64,000 nt of DNA from contig JBBDQN010000030.1 of NCBI GenBank assembly GCA_040905905.1, positions 15,782-79,781 on the forward strand, written 5' to 3'. The DNA comes from Acidimicrobiia bacterium. Its GTDB lineage: Bacteria; Actinomycetota; Acidimicrobiia; Spongiisociales; ZC4RG35. Shown here piece after piece: positions 36,435 through 47,440 of this stretch. A program made the translations under genes and the position numbers. How positions within the stretch are numbered: position 1 is the first letter of the stretch; every line of letters begins with the position of its first letter. The notes under the pieces are model-generated. The model made no database searches. It saw only the letters and a program-made list of their open reading frames with translations, and was not told where the DNA came from.

Positions 36435-37918
36435 GTGGTCTGGTGGAAGGTGGGCGCTAGCGCCGGATAGAGCTGACGAAAGCGGTCGTGAGCTTCCCGA
36501 TAGGTCGCTGCCAGCTCTGTTGGATCGGCCCCCGGATTGACCACAACGGCCGTGGCGGCGGCCTCTTCGATGGTGGCAAACCAACCCGCACCCACCGCCG
36601 CCAGGAGGCTGGCACCAAAGGCGGCGCCTTCCTCGGTCGACACCGTTGCGATCTCAGCTTCCAGCACGTCGGCGAGGATCTGACGCCAGAGCTGACTGCG
36701 CGTCCCCCCGCCCGAGGCGCGGATCTGGCTTGGCACCGGTACCCCGGCCTGGGTCATGAGGTCGAGACCGTCCCTCAGCCCGAAAGCGACCCCTTCCAGG
36801 ACTGCCCGGGTGAGATGCCGGAGATCATGACGGACGGTCAGACCGACAAAGGCGCCCCGGGCCCGAGGGTCCGGATGAGGGGTCCGTTCTCCGGTCAGGT
36901 AGGGAAGAAAGAGGAGACCATCGCTGCCTGCCGCCACCTTGGCTGCTCCGGCGACGAGGTAGTCGAAAGAGAGGCTCGGGGCCAACGCCTCGCGCAACCA
37001 CCGCAAGCTTCCGGCCGCTGACAGCATCACTCCCATCATGTGCCAGCGTCCTGGAACTGCATGACAAAACGCGTGGACCCGACCTCTCGCTTCGATCGAG
37101 GGACCGGCGGTGGTGGCAAAAACAACTCCGGAGGTGCCCAGCGAGAGAGCAACCACCCCCGGGGAGACCGCTCCGACGCCCACCGCGTTGGCGGATTGGT
37201 CACCGCCACCGGCGACCACGGGCGTCCCCGCTCGCAGTCCGGTGGCCTCAGCGGCTGACTCGGTGACGGTGCCGGTGATCGCCGGGCCCTCGTAGGTCGG
37301 CGGTAGGAGAGACGGGTCGAGGTGAAGCGCCGACAGCATCTCTGGCGACCACGACCTGGCGGCCAGATCGAACAGGATCGTTCCCGAACCATCGGCGACA
37401 TCGACGGCGAAACCATCTGTTAGGCGATAACGAACGTAGTCCTTGGGGAGGAGGACATGTCTGACCTTGGCCCAATTGTCGGGCTCGTGCCGACGCACCC
37501 AGAGCAGCTTTGGTGCTGTGAATCCGGTGAGAGCGTCGTTGCCGGTGACCTCGATCAATCTCTCAGGCCCGACCAGGCGGCGAATCTCGTCGCATTCTGC
37601 GGCTGTCCGCTGATCGTTCCAGAGAATGGCGGGACGGACGACTTCGCCTTCGTCATCAAGCAGCACCGAACCATGCATTTGCCCGGTGAGACCGACGGCT
37701 TCGACCTCCCCTGCCGACACGCCTTGTTCTCTCATCACCTGGCGAACCGCCGCGATCGTGGCCTCCCACCACAGCTGGGGATCCTGCTCACTCCAGAGAG
37801 GGTGGGGTATCTGGTAGTCGTACGACGACGAGCCCACCCCCAGAACGGTCCCGCGGGGGTCGACCAGGATCGCCTTGGTGGCCGTGGTCGAGGAGTCGAT
37901 GCCGATGACAAAGCTCAT
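36431..37918 (-). CDS. xylB: Xylulokinase (FGGY carbohydrate kinase).
   Basis: MSFVIGIDSSTTATKAILVD is the FGGY N-terminus, and the protein is FGGY-family kinase-like throughout. The gene lies between xylA and the transporter genes. Confidence 0.8.
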   Translation of the reverse strand: MSFVIGIDSSTTATKAILVDPRGTVLGVGSSSYDYQIPHPLWSEQDPQLWWEATIAAVRQVMREQGVSAGEVEAVGLTGQMHGSVLLDDEGEVVRPAILWNDQRTAAECDEIRRLVGPERLIEVTGNDALTGFTAPKLLWVRRHEPDNWAKVRHVLLPKDYVRYRLTDGFAVDVADGSGTILFDLAARSWSPEMLSALHLDPSLLPPTYEGPAITGTVTESAAEATGLRAGTPVVAGGGDQSANAVGVGAVSPGVVALSLGTSGVVFATTAGPSIEARGRVHAFCHAVPGRWHMMGVMLSAAGSLRWLREALAPSLSFDYLVAGAAKVAAGSDGLLFLPYLTGERTPHPDPRARGAFVGLTVRHDLRHLTRAVLEGVAFGLRDGLDLMTQAGVPVPSQIRASGGGTRSQLWRQILADVLEAEIATVSTEEGAAFGASLLAAVGAGWFATIEEAAATAVVVNPGADPTELAATYREAHDRFRQLYPALAPTFHQTT

Positions 37919-38760
37919 GCGACGGCCGAGTCCAAGACCCGATCAAAGGCAGGGGTGAGACTCGTGCATTCGGTGGCCTCCCAGGTCTCGCGATGTGAGA
38001 TTGACTGACCCGGTTCGAGGAGTGCGAGCGGTCCCAGGCTCTCCAGTTCGCAGAACTCGTCCTCGACAAAAACCTGAGCCACCGCGCCCCGGTCCGGGTA
38101 GTCACCGGCCCCGGCGGGGGGTATCTCCTTGATAAAGAGAAAGCCGTCGTTGAGGTAGCCAAGCCGACCGGGTCGTGGCCCTGACCCGATCTTGAAGCGG
38201 GGTCCGGCGATGGCGTCGACCACAGCGGCGCGCGGGGTCCAGGAGAGGCGGTTGTCGGTGAGATTGGTATAGGGCCACACGATCAGGCTGCCATCGGCAA
38301 GATAAGGGTTTGGAGCCGGGGGGCCACCAACGGGCATGATGGCAATGCCTCCAAGCGGAAGCTGGGTAATCGCCCACACCCCCACTGTCAGGGACGCTGG
38401 ACCCTCATTCCCCAGGTGATGATCCACCGTCAACCTCTCTCCGTCGATCATGACCTCCATCTTCTTTGTCATCCCCGCCGGATCCGCAGGCGCGCTCAGG
38501 GTGAAGCCACTGGTCGTGGTCGTTACCTCGCAAGGCCGATCGTCATTGACGTGGGTGATCCGCGGCACCTCCGGGGCCGCCCACAGCCGGTGTCCTCCGT
38601 GGAAGCGGTAGATCCCGGTTTCAGGATGATCGATGACGACGGTCTCCGCGAGTTGAGCGAACAATTCGGGCCCGCCGGCCCGGCGAAGACCGAGGATGCG
38701 CGGTCCGTAGGTCGTGGCCACTCTTAGCCGGAAGGGGCCGACCTCCAGGTCGACGAACAC
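37915..38760 (-). CDS. Hypothetical protein between xylA and xylB, possibly an aldose 1-epimerase/mutarotase-like protein.
   Basis: A 281-aa ORF translationally coupled to xylB. The HGGHRLWAAPE region resembles a mutarotase motif only weakly. Confidence 0.45.
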   Translation of the reverse strand: MFVDLEVGPFRLRVATTYGPRILGLRRAGGPELFAQLAETVVIDHPETGIYRFHGGHRLWAAPEVPRITHVNDDRPCEVTTTTSGFTLSAPADPAGMTKKMEVMIDGERLTVDHHLGNEGPASLTVGVWAITQLPLGGIAIMPVGGPPAPNPYLADGSLIVWPYTNLTDNRLSWTPRAAVVDAIAGPRFKIGSGPRPGRLGYLNDGFLFIKEIPPAGAGDYPDRGAVAQVFVEDEFCELESLGPLALLEPGQSISHRETWEATECTSLTPAFDRVLDSAVA

Positions 38761-38762
38761 CC

Positions 38763-40100
38763 TCAGGTCCCGGACGACCAGATAACCCGGTTCACCCGAT
38801 TCTCAAGGAGCTCCTGGGAGCCCGAGACCTGGCCCGGATCGAGTTCGCTCGACACCACCATGGCTTCCAGGGAGGTGAGGGTCTCGTCTCCTGCCTTGAT
38901 CCGGGTTCCAAGATCGGTCGACCATCCCGCATATCGCCGGGCGGTTGGTCCCGAGAGGGTCTTGGATTGGATGAGTTCGGCGGCGATTAGCAGGGCCCGG
39001 GCCAGAGCGTCGATTCCCCCAATGTGCCCGTGGAAGAGGTCGGTGCGGGCCACCGATTGACGACGCAACTTCGAATCGAAGTTGAAGCCTCCGGTGGTGA
39101 ACCCGCCCCCTCTCAAGATCTCGTAGAGCACGAGCGAGAGCTCGTCCACCGAGTTGGGGAACTGGTCGGTGTCCCACCCGTTCTGGTAGTCGCCGCGATT
39201 GGCATCGATCGAGCCGAAGATGCCGTTGGCAACTGCATACGCAACCTCGTGGTGAAAGCTGTGCCCGGCCAGCGTGGCGTGGTTGCCCTCGATGTTGATC
39301 CGGTACTCGTCGACCAGGTCGAAACGCTCCAGAAATCCGTGGACCGACTGACAGTCATAGTCGTATTGGTGTTTGGTCGGCTCCGCCGGCTTGGGCTCGA
39401 TCAACAGGGTTCCTGCAAACCCGATCTTGTGTTTGTGTTCGGCCACCAACGTCAAGAACGTGGCGAACTGCTCCGCTTCCTGCTTCAGGTCGGTGTTGAG
39501 GAGCGTCTCGTACCCCTCCCGACCTCCCCACAGAACGTAATTGACGCCGCCGAGCCGATGGGTCGCTTCGATCGCGTGTTTCACCTGGGCGGCGGCGTAT
39601 GCGAACACGGCAGGATCGGGGTTGGTTGACGCACCAGCTGCATACCGGGGATGGGAGAACAGGTTGGCAGTGCCCCACAACACCTTGATGCCGGTGTCGG
39701 CGATCTTCTTCTCCGCGTAGTCGACCATGGTCTCGAGATTGCGGGCCGATTCCGAAAAGGTTTCTCCCTCAGGGGCGATGTCAACGTCGTGGAAGCAGAA
39801 GTAGGGGATTCCTAGCTTCGAGAAGAACTCGAAGGCAGCGTCCATTTTCATGCGGGCGGCAGCCAGGGGGTCATCGGCTACCTGCAGCCAGGGTCGGTCG
39901 AAAGTGCCCCTCCCGAATACGTCGCTGCCTGGCCAGTTGAACGAGTGCCAGTAACAGACCGCCATCCGCAGATGGTCTTCCATCCGTTTATCGAGGACCA
40001 TCCGGTCCGGGTCGTAAACCTTGAACGTCAGATCGTCGTCGGAATCAGGTCCTCCGAACCCGATCCGATCGGTGACTTCCGAAAAGAACTCAGCTGACAT
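38763..40100 (-). CDS. xylA: Xylose isomerase, long (class II, about 440 aa) type.
   Basis: [29 protein letters not shown] and the [13 protein letters not shown] catalytic-region motifs. The 445-aa length fits the class II type. Confidence 0.9.
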   Translation of the reverse strand: MSAEFFSEVTDRIGFGGPDSDDDLTFKVYDPDRMVLDKRMEDHLRMAVCYWHSFNWPGSDVFGRGTFDRPWLQVADDPLAAARMKMDAAFEFFSKLGIPYFCFHDVDIAPEGETFSESARNLETMVDYAEKKIADTGIKVLWGTANLFSHPRYAAGASTNPDPAVFAYAAAQVKHAIEATHRLGGVNYVLWGGREGYETLLNTDLKQEAEQFATFLTLVAEHKHKIGFAGTLLIEPKPAEPTKHQYDYDCQSVHGFLERFDLVDEYRINIEGNHATLAGHSFHHEVAYAVANGIFGSIDANRGDYQNGWDTDQFPNSVDELSLVLYEILRGGGFTTGGFNFDSKLRRQSVARTDLFHGHIGGIDALARALLIAAELIQSKTLSGPTARRYAGWSTDLGTRIKAGDETLTSLEAMVVSSELDPGQVSGSQELLENRVNRVIWSSGT

Positions 40101-40131
40101 CCTCTTTCCTCCCTTGAACGCCGGGTTGGCG

Positions 40132-41103
40132 TCACGAAACCTGCCCGATGACTATCGCCTCGGGACCTAAAAGGTCGGTCAAGTCGGCGACACTATCGGG
40201 CGCGACCACGAGACAAAACCCGATACCCATATTGAAGGTGCGCGCCATCTCGGAGTCGCCCACCCCGCCCCACTCCTGTATGCGCCGAAAGACTGGCGGC
40301 ACCTTCCATGAGCCTGGCTCGATGACGACGCCCAAACCGGGTGGGATCACCCGTGCCAGGTTGGACTCCAGGCCGCCGCCAGTGACATGGGCGGCGGCAT
40401 GCACAGAAGAATTGTCCCTCGCCGCCAGCACCCGGGGTGAGTAGATGACTGATGGCTCCAGAAGGAGATCGACCAGGGTCGAGTCTCCGATCTTCAGGTC
40501 GAGATCGCGGCCTTCGATGATGGCCCGTACCAGCGAGAAGCCGTTGGAGCGGAGGTTGGGAGAGGTGAGACCGATCACGAGGTCGCCGACCTCCACCCGG
40601 TGCGGCCCCCACTCGGTGCCATGCTCCACCACCCCAAGGGCGGTGGCAGCCAGGTCAACCTGGTCAGGCGCCATGACTCCCGGGTGTTCGGCCGTTTCAC
40701 CACCAAGCAACGGACACCCGGCCTCGACGCAGGCCGCCGCGATTGAGTCGACAATTTCCGCGTCACGTTCGGCGTCGAGGGCTCCTACTGCCAGGTAATC
40801 CACCACGCCAAGAGGACCCGCACCCACCGCCGCCAGATCGTCAACGACCATGGCCACCAGGTCGAATCCCACTCCCTTCCATCTCCCGGTGAGGCGGGCG
40901 AGCTCGAGTTTGGTCCCCACCCCATCGGTGGTCATCATCAACACCGGGTTTAGATAGTGCGGGGGCAGTGTCACGCCTGCGGCAAAGCCTCCGAAATGAC
41001 CCGTGACACTTTCGGTCCAGGTTGAGATGACTGACGCCGCGATTCGTTGAACATGACTCTCCGCCCCCTCGAGATCAACCCCGGCCGTGCGGTAGGAGGT
41101 CAC
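40132..41103 (-). CDS. purM: Phosphoribosylformylglycinamidine cyclo-ligase (AIR synthetase).
   Basis: PurM-family motifs, including DGVGTKLE. Confidence 0.9.
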   Translation of the reverse strand: MTSYRTAGVDLEGAESHVQRIAASVISTWTESVTGHFGGFAAGVTLPPHYLNPVLMMTTDGVGTKLELARLTGRWKGVGFDLVAMVVDDLAAVGAGPLGVVDYLAVGALDAERDAEIVDSIAAACVEAGCPLLGGETAEHPGVMAPDQVDLAATALGVVEHGTEWGPHRVEVGDLVIGLTSPNLRSNGFSLVRAIIEGRDLDLKIGDSTLVDLLLEPSVIYSPRVLAARDNSSVHAAAHVTGGGLESNLARVIPPGLGVVIEPGSWKVPPVFRRIQEWGGVGDSEMARTFNMGIGFCLVVAPDSVADLTDLLGPEAIVIGQVS

Positions 41104-42521
41104 AAACCCCGGTGCATCGGTTCGAGCAGGTACTTTCCATTGGCGGTGGAGACATCAGTCGGGTAATCACCCGACAAACACGCATGGCAGAAGCCGGCCC
41201 CGGCGGTGGCGTCCAACAGACCCTGCAAGGACAGATAGCCGAGAGAGTCGGCACCGATGTGTTGGCGGATCTCGTCAACCTCCATCCGGGCGGCGATGAG
41301 GGTGGTGCGGTCCGAAGTATCCATGCCGTAGAAACAGGGCCAGCGATAGGGCGGGGACGAGATGCGGAGGTGGATCTCGGCGGCACCGGCATCGCGCACC
41401 AGTGATACCAATTGTCGTGTGGTCGATCCGCGCACGATCGAGTCGTCGATCAACACGACGCGCTTGCCGGCCAGCGTCGCCGGGATCGGGTTGAGTTTGA
41501 GCCGCACCCCGCGTTCACGCAGAAGCGGGCTAGGTTCGATAAAGGTTCGTCCCACGTAACGGTTCTTGACCAGGCCGTCGGCGTAGGGAATGCCAGCGGC
41601 CGCAGCAAAGCCCTGGGCAGCGGGAATCCCCGATTCGGGAACCGGAACAACGACATCGGCCGCCACCGGGTGCTCGCTGGCGAGGCGGCGCCCCATCTCG
41701 TGACGGGCGGCATGCACGCTGCGGCCATAGAGCTGGGAGTCGGGGCGGGCGAAGTAGACGAATTCGAACAAACACAGACAGGGGTCGGTGCTGGCAAAAG
41801 GCATCTCGCTGCGGACTCCGGAGCTGTCGATCACCACCATTTCTCCGGCCGCCACCTCCCGGACGAAGCGGGCACCGAGAATGTCGAGCCCCGCAGTCTC
41901 GGAGGAGAGAACCCACCCTCCATCGGGCAGATGTCCGAGGCAGAGGGGACGAAAACCATTGGGGTCCCGAACCCCGATGAGCCTGCCCTGATCCATGATC
42001 ACGAGGGAGAACGCTCCCTGAAAGCTGGGGAGCACCTCGAGCAGCGCCCGTTCCAAACCCCGATCATCGGAGCGTCCGTCTTCAACCGACCTGGCAATCG
42101 CCTCGATCATCAACTCCGAATCGGTGGTGCCCAGGCCAGGGTCGAAGCGGTCGGCCAAATCAGAGGCGTTGGTCAGGTTTCCGTTGTGGGCCAGGGCGAT
42201 AGAGGTAGCTCCCACCTGTCGGTGCACGGGCTGGGCGTTCTCCCACCGATTGGAGCCAGTGGTGGAGTAGCGGGTGTGCCCGATCCCGAGATGGCCGTCG
42301 AGAGCCGCTAGCGAGGTCTCGTTGAACACCTGGGCGACCAGACCGAGATCTTTGTAGACGGTGACGGTGGCGCCATCGGAGGAGGCGATTCCAGCCGACT
42401 CTTGCCCCCGGTGTTGCAAGGCGAAAAGACCAAAATAGATGAGCGACGAGGCCTTGTCGCCAGGGGAATAGACCCCGAAAACGCCGCAGGCTTCTCCGGG
42501 TCGTTCGAGGGGATCGTGCAC
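41100..42521 (-). CDS. purF: Amidophosphoribosyltransferase.
   Basis: N-terminal CGVFGVY (Ntn glutaminase Cys), a PRTase domain, and C-terminal Cys residues. Confidence 0.9.
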   Translation of the reverse strand: MHDPLERPGEACGVFGVYSPGDKASSLIYFGLFALQHRGQESAGIASSDGATVTVYKDLGLVAQVFNETSLAALDGHLGIGHTRYSTTGSNRWENAQPVHRQVGATSIALAHNGNLTNASDLADRFDPGLGTTDSELMIEAIARSVEDGRSDDRGLERALLEVLPSFQGAFSLVIMDQGRLIGVRDPNGFRPLCLGHLPDGGWVLSSETAGLDILGARFVREVAAGEMVVIDSSGVRSEMPFASTDPCLCLFEFVYFARPDSQLYGRSVHAARHEMGRRLASEHPVAADVVVPVPESGIPAAQGFAAAAGIPYADGLVKNRYVGRTFIEPSPLLRERGVRLKLNPIPATLAGKRVVLIDDSIVRGSTTRQLVSLVRDAGAAEIHLRISSPPYRWPCFYGMDTSDRTTLIAARMEVDEIRQHIGADSLGYLSLQGLLDATAGAGFCHACLSGDYPTDVSTANGKYLLEPMHRGL

Positions 42522-42567
42522 TCAGGCATGGTACCCACCCGATCGGTCCACCCCGACCACAGCCTCA

Positions 42568-43542
42568 TCAGCCGGGGGTCAGGAGCACCTTGCCAGTGGT
42601 CTGTCGCCCTTCGAGCCGGCGATGAGCCTCGCTCGCCTGGCTCATCGGCAACCGCAGGCCGATGACCACCTCCAGGCGGTGGTCGACCAGGAGGTCAAAG
42701 ACCGCCTTGGCCCGCGCCCGCAACTCGGCAGGGGTAGCCGTGTAACTACCGAGGGTGGGCCGGGTGAGATACAACGATCCCAATTCAGAGAGCCTCAAGA
42801 CCGAGATTGGCTCGGGAGGCCCGCTGGCGTTGCCGAAGGCCACCATCATTCCACGCGGTCTCAGCAGGGTCAGACCCTGATCAAACGTGGCCTTGCCCAC
42901 GCCGTCGTAAACCACGTCGATCGCCTTGGCGCCCACCAGTTCTTCGACGGCGGAAACAAAATCGGTGGCGTTGTAGTCGATGACATGATCCGCCCCTGCC
43001 GTCCGGGCCATCTCCACCTTGTCGGGACCGCCGGCGGTGGCGATAACCTCCGCTCCGACGATCTTCGCCATCTGCACCAGGAGCCGCCCGGCCCCACCGG
43101 CGGCGGCATGGACCAGGCAGCGATGGCCACTGGCGAGGGGGAACGTGTCATGGACGAGGTAATGGGCGGTGGCCCCCTGGAGAAGGCTCGCCGCCGCCAA
43201 CTCCGTGGAGACATCGGCCGGGACCGAAACCGCCTTGTCGGTGGGGACCAGACACAACTCGGCGTAGGTGCCGCTGCCGCCCTGACACCAGGCTGCACGG
43301 TCGCCAATTGCGAAGTCGGTCACTCCCGGACCGACGGCCATCACCTCGCCCGCTCCCTCCGAGCCCAGGGTGAAAGGAAGCTTGACCTTGTAGAGGCCGG
43401 AACGCTGATAGGTGTCGATGAAGTTGACCCCCGCCGCCTCCACCTTCACCAGAATCTCGCCGGGCCCGGGCTCGGGGTGAGGGACCTCCATCCAGGAGAG
43501 GACCTCCGGACCGCCATGTTCGTTAACCCTGACTGCCCACAT
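42568..43542 (-). CDS. NADPH:quinone oxidoreductase (zinc-independent MDR family).
   Basis: GroES-like domain followed by a Rossmann domain (AAGGAGRLLVQMAK). Confidence 0.75.
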   Translation of the reverse strand: MWAVRVNEHGGPEVLSWMEVPHPEPGPGEILVKVEAAGVNFIDTYQRSGLYKVKLPFTLGSEGAGEVMAVGPGVTDFAIGDRAAWCQGGSGTYAELCLVPTDKAVSVPADVSTELAAASLLQGATAHYLVHDTFPLASGHRCLVHAAAGGAGRLLVQMAKIVGAEVIATAGGPDKVEMARTAGADHVIDYNATDFVSAVEELVGAKAIDVVYDGVGKATFDQGLTLLRPRGMMVAFGNASGPPEPISVLRLSELGSLYLTRPTLGSYTATPAELRARAKAVFDLLVDHRLEVVIGLRLPMSQASEAHRRLEGRQTTGKVLLTPG

Positions 43543-43565
43543 GTGCGCTCCTTCTGACCGAGCGG

Positions 43566-44729
43566 TCAGTCTCCGAGGTTGACGCCCAGCCTTCTGGCCG
43601 AGGTGATCCAGGCGTGATCGGCGGGGACTGTCTTGCGACGACCGGCCACCTCCTCAAGCGGCACCGGAACGGCTTCTTCTCCTCGCGAGGCGATCATGAC
43701 GCCCAGTTTTCCTTCGGCGATCGCATCGGCGGCGGCGGTCCCCAGGCGGGTCGCGAGCACCCGGTCCACCGCTGACGGGATACCGCCCCTTTGCACATGA
43801 CCGAGGATCGTCACCCGTGCCTCCAACCCTGTCAGAGCCTCGAGCTGTTCGGCCATCTCTTCGGTGGAACGGCTGCGCGCCTCTTCGAACTTGTTGAGAG
43901 CCGCCCGTGCAGTTTCTTCGTCATCGTCGTTGCGGGCTTGGTCCACCCCCGAACGAAGGACGTCGTACTCACCACGCTCTCCATGAGTCATGGCCCCCTC
44001 TGAGACCACCACGATCGAGAACGAGCTTCCGCCGGCCTTGCGCTGCATGATCGAATCCGCCACTGCATCGATCCTGTACGGGAACTCGGGGATGAGGATC
44101 GAATCGGCGCCACCGGCGAGCCCCGCCCCGAGTGCCAGCCATCCGGCGTTGTGTCCCATCACCTCGACCACCATGATCCGGTGATGGGAGTGGGCGGTCG
44201 AGTGAAGCCGGTCGACCGCCTCGGTCGCAATCCCAAGGGCGGTGTCATACCCGAACGCGGTGTCGGTGCCCCAGACGTCGTTGTCGATGGTCTTCGGAAG
44301 GGTTACAACCGGGATCCCTTCTTTCCAGAGACGCAAGGCGTTCTTCTGGGTGCCACCGCCGCCCAGGCAGACGAGAGCAGTGAGGTTGTGCTGCTCCACC
44401 ACCTTGCGGATCATCGGACGCATATCCATCGGGCGGCCGTTCCCGACGTCCATCTTGTTGACTTTCTCCCGGCTGGTACCGAGGACCGTCCCACCTTTAG
44501 TGAGGATTCCCGACAGGTCTTCGGAGTCGAGACGTACGAAACGGTTCTGCATGAGACCGCGGAAACCATCCCGGAAACCGATGACGTGCATGCCATGGGC
44601 CCGCTGGGCGGATTTCCCCACGGCCCGAATGGCGGCGTTTAGTCCAGGGGAGTCACCGCCAGCCGTGAGAAGGCCAATGGTTCGCGGCACGTCGCTGATG
44701 GTAGGGGCCATCCCCAGGCTGACCGACAT
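43566..44729 (-). CDS. pfkA: 6-phosphofructokinase.
   Basis: GLLTAGGDSPGLNAAIRAV, GGGGT and MGHNAG motifs. The start could be at 44729 or 44711. Confidence 0.8.
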   Translation of the reverse strand: MSVSLGMAPTISDVPRTIGLLTAGGDSPGLNAAIRAVGKSAQRAHGMHVIGFRDGFRGLMQNRFVRLDSEDLSGILTKGGTVLGTSREKVNKMDVGNGRPMDMRPMIRKVVEQHNLTALVCLGGGGTQKNALRLWKEGIPVVTLPKTIDNDVWGTDTAFGYDTALGIATEAVDRLHSTAHSHHRIMVVEVMGHNAGWLALGAGLAGGADSILIPEFPYRIDAVADSIMQRKAGGSSFSIVVVSEGAMTHGERGEYDVLRSGVDQARNDDDEETARAALNKFEEARSRSTEEMAEQLEALTGLEARVTILGHVQRGGIPSAVDRVLATRLGTAAADAIAEGKLGVMIASRGEEAVPVPLEEVAGRRKTVPADHAWITSARRLGVNLGD

Positions 44730-44801
44730 TTGTCCCGCGTCTGACCCGACATTCACCCTCGGAACGGGGTAGGTTGCGACCGGTCGAGACGGAGAAGCCA
44801 A

Positions 44802-45206
44802 ATGTTCGTTCCCATTACCGCCGATGATCTGTCCTCGGTTCCACTGTTTCAGGGGTTGAGCCAGGACAAGCTCGAAAGGATTGCGTCGCAGGCGGTCCGG
44901 ATTTCGGCCCATCCCGGCATCTCCCTGGCCCGCCAGGGATCTCCCGGGTTCGACTTCTTCATCGTCCTTGATGGCGCCGCCGACGTGAAGAAAGACGGCG
45001 AGGTTATTGCCAGCCTCTCCCCGGGCGACGTCTTCGGGGAAATGGCCCTTCTGGGAGGGAAACGAAGAAACGCCGACGTCGTCGCCACATCTCCGATGAC
45101 CCTGATGACGATGATGATTTGGGACTTTCGTTCGGTCACCGAGAATTACCCGGTGGTGGCGGAGCGGTTGCAGGAACTGGCGAAGTCCCGGGCGGGCTCC
45201 GACTAA
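44802..45206 (+). CDS. Stand-alone cyclic-nucleotide-binding (cNMP) domain protein.
   Basis: [18 protein letters not shown] is the canonical CAP-family cNMP phosphate-binding cassette. The protein is 134 aa and has no HTH. Confidence 0.6.
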   Translation: MFVPITADDLSSVPLFQGLSQDKLERIASQAVRISAHPGISLARQGSPGFDFFIVLDGAADVKKDGEVIASLSPGDVFGEMALLGGKRRNADVVATSPMTLMTMMIWDFRSVTENYPVVAERLQELAKSRAGSD

Positions 45207-47440
45207 ACGAGGCGACGGCTGAGAGCTTGACTCCAAGTCGAGGTTGCGACTCCTAGGTCGAGCGCCGCCCGAATACCGTTGCGGTCGAAGACGATTTCGT
45301 TGCCGCCGAACTCACCGATAGGCGCGGCCGGAATAGAAGCCTGGGCTGCCAACCCGGCTACCCGGATGGCAGCGTCCGGAGACACCGCGGCGATGAACCG
45401 ATGCGGGTCCTCGCAGAAGAGATGGCGCCAGTCCGAATACCGCACCGTGACTCCCACGCCCGAAGCGATCGCTACCTCGGCCACGGCCAAGGCCAGACCT
45501 CCTGACGAGACGTCGTGGAGCACCGGGGCCACCCCTTCCTGGGCCAGCATCTGGCCTGCCTGGAGAGCGGCGCGGCCAGCGGTGGGATCGGGGGCGGTCG
45601 GGCGACCGCCAATGTGGGCGAAGGTCACCAGTTCAAAGCTCGACCCTGCCAGGTTGATCGCCCACTCGGTTCCAAACAACCACAGTTCCATCCCCGCCAA
45701 CGCCCGATCGAGTCGGGGCGGTGGTGACGGCAGGGGAGCTGCCAAACCCAGGACTCCCACAACCGGGGTGGGGTAGATGTCGATGCCGTTGGTTTCGTTA
45801 TATAGCGAGACGTTTCCACCGATGACTGGCATCCCGAGGGCCTCGCAAGCTTCGGAGATGCCCTCGATCGTCTCGCGCAACTGCCACATCACCTCGGGCT
45901 TTTCGGGGTTGCCGAAGTTGAGGTTGTCCACCACGGCCAGCGGCCGGGCGCCGGCCAGGGCAACCTGTAACGCCCCCTCGTATACAAGCCGGGCTCCCCC
46001 CCGGCGAGGGTCGAGGTAACACAACCGGCCGTCGCCGTCCACGGAGAGCGCCAGGCCTTTGTCGGTGCCTTTGACCCTCAGGAGGCTGGCGTCGTGGCCC
46101 GGGCCGATCACCGTGTTGAGGAACAGCATATGGTCGTATTGCTCGAACGCCCAGGCTTTGGAGGCCAGGGCGGGATCGTCCAACATCTGCAACAAGGCCG
46201 TGGCGATTGCCGGTTGCGCCACGAACTTGACCGTGTTGGACCAGAGGTCCTCCATCCACTGTGGCTCTCCGAGCGGGCGCTCGTAATTTGGCGCTCCGGT
46301 CACCAGCGAAACGGCAGGGACTTCGGCAACCGTTTCGCCTCCGTGGTTGACCAAAACGTTGCCATGGTCCCTGACCGTTCCGACGACGGCGGCGTCTATC
46401 TCCCACTTCGCCGCTACGGCCAGCACCGCCTCCACCCGGCTGGGATCAACGAAGGCCATCATCCGCTCCTGGGACTCCGACATAAGCAACTCGACGGCAT
46501 TCATGCCGGATTCGCGGACATGCACCAGATCAAGGTCGAGGTCGATGCCCATGCCCGACTTTGCTACCGGCTCGGAGGCGGCGCACGACAACCCGGCCGC
46601 TCCCAGGTCCTGCACCCCGATCACCAGATCCCTTTCATACAACTCGAGGCACGCCTCAATCAGCTTCTTCTCCTCAAATGGATCCCCTACCTGGACCGAA
46701 GGACGCTTCTGGCTGGAGGCGGCATCGAAGGATGTCGACGCCAATATCGAGGCCCCACCGATGCCGTCGCGCCCGGTTCCGGCTCCCAGCAGAATCGCCC
46801 GGGTCCCCTCCGGTCCCGACCGAGCCAGGACCAGTTGTTCACGGCGCATGAGACCCAGACACATGACGTTGACCAGGGGATTGTTGGAGTAGTGCTCGGC
46901 GAAACCGATCTCCCCGCCAACGGTCGGAACCCCAACCGCGTTTCCATACCCGGCAATGCCGGCGACGACGCCCTTCAACAGGTAGCGATTGCGGGCTTGT
47001 CCCAGGGGCCCGAACCGGATGGAGTCCCACAAGGCGATGGGACGGGCGCCCATTGTGAAGATGTCGCGGATGATCCCACCGACACCGGTGGCGGCACCCT
47101 GGTATGGCTCGACGAACGATGGGTGGTTGTGGCTCTCGATCCGGAGGGCGACATACCAGCCATCGCCGATGTCGATCACCCCGGCGTTTTCTCCCGGGCC
47201 TACCACGACCCAGGGTGCAGCGGTTGGAAAACGTTTGAGGTGGACCCGGGACGACTTGTACGAACAGTGTTCGGACCACATCACCGAATACATTGCAAGT
47301 TCGGCCGGGCGAGGATCGCGACCCAGGATGGCCCTGATTCTGTCGAATTCGTCGTCGGTCAGTCCAAGTTGGTGGTGAACCGACGAAGTCTCGACAGGAG
47401 CAGTTTCTTCATCTTCGATGATCACTGATTGGTCAGACAC
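45203..47440 (-). CDS. purL: Phosphoribosylformylglycinamidine synthase subunit PurL.
   Basis: [15 protein letters not shown] and tandem PurM-like domains. The protein is 745 aa. Confidence 0.9.
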   Translation of the reverse strand: MSDQSVIIEDEETAPVETSSVHHQLGLTDDEFDRIRAILGRDPRPAELAMYSVMWSEHCSYKSSRVHLKRFPTAAPWVVVGPGENAGVIDIGDGWYVALRIESHNHPSFVEPYQGAATGVGGIIRDIFTMGARPIALWDSIRFGPLGQARNRYLLKGVVAGIAGYGNAVGVPTVGGEIGFAEHYSNNPLVNVMCLGLMRREQLVLARSGPEGTRAILLGAGTGRDGIGGASILASTSFDAASSQKRPSVQVGDPFEEKKLIEACLELYERDLVIGVQDLGAAGLSCAASEPVAKSGMGIDLDLDLVHVRESGMNAVELLMSESQERMMAFVDPSRVEAVLAVAAKWEIDAAVVGTVRDHGNVLVNHGGETVAEVPAVSLVTGAPNYERPLGEPQWMEDLWSNTVKFVAQPAIATALLQMLDDPALASKAWAFEQYDHMLFLNTVIGPGHDASLLRVKGTDKGLALSVDGDGRLCYLDPRRGGARLVYEGALQVALAGARPLAVVDNLNFGNPEKPEVMWQLRETIEGISEACEALGMPVIGGNVSLYNETNGIDIYPTPVVGVLGLAAPLPSPPPRLDRALAGMELWLFGTEWAINLAGSSFELVTFAHIGGRPTAPDPTAGRAALQAGQMLAQEGVAPVLHDVSSGGLALAVAEVAIASGVGVTVRYSDWRHLFCEDPHRFIAAVSPDAAIRVAGLAAQASIPAAPIGEFGGNEIVFDRNGIRAALDLGVATSTWSQALSRRLV

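Noticed and set aside
46094-47428. Long antisense ORFs opposite known genes: a 444-aa ORF antisense to purL, and similar ORFs at 57863-59020 (+), 60748-62274 (-), 28333-29244 (+), 29540-30544 (+), 22779-23816 (+), 24264-25430 (-) and 25775-26788 (+).
   Set aside because: These are typical high-GC frame artefacts. They are Arg/Pro/Gly-rich, show no domain signatures, and the opposite strand carries well-supported conserved genes.
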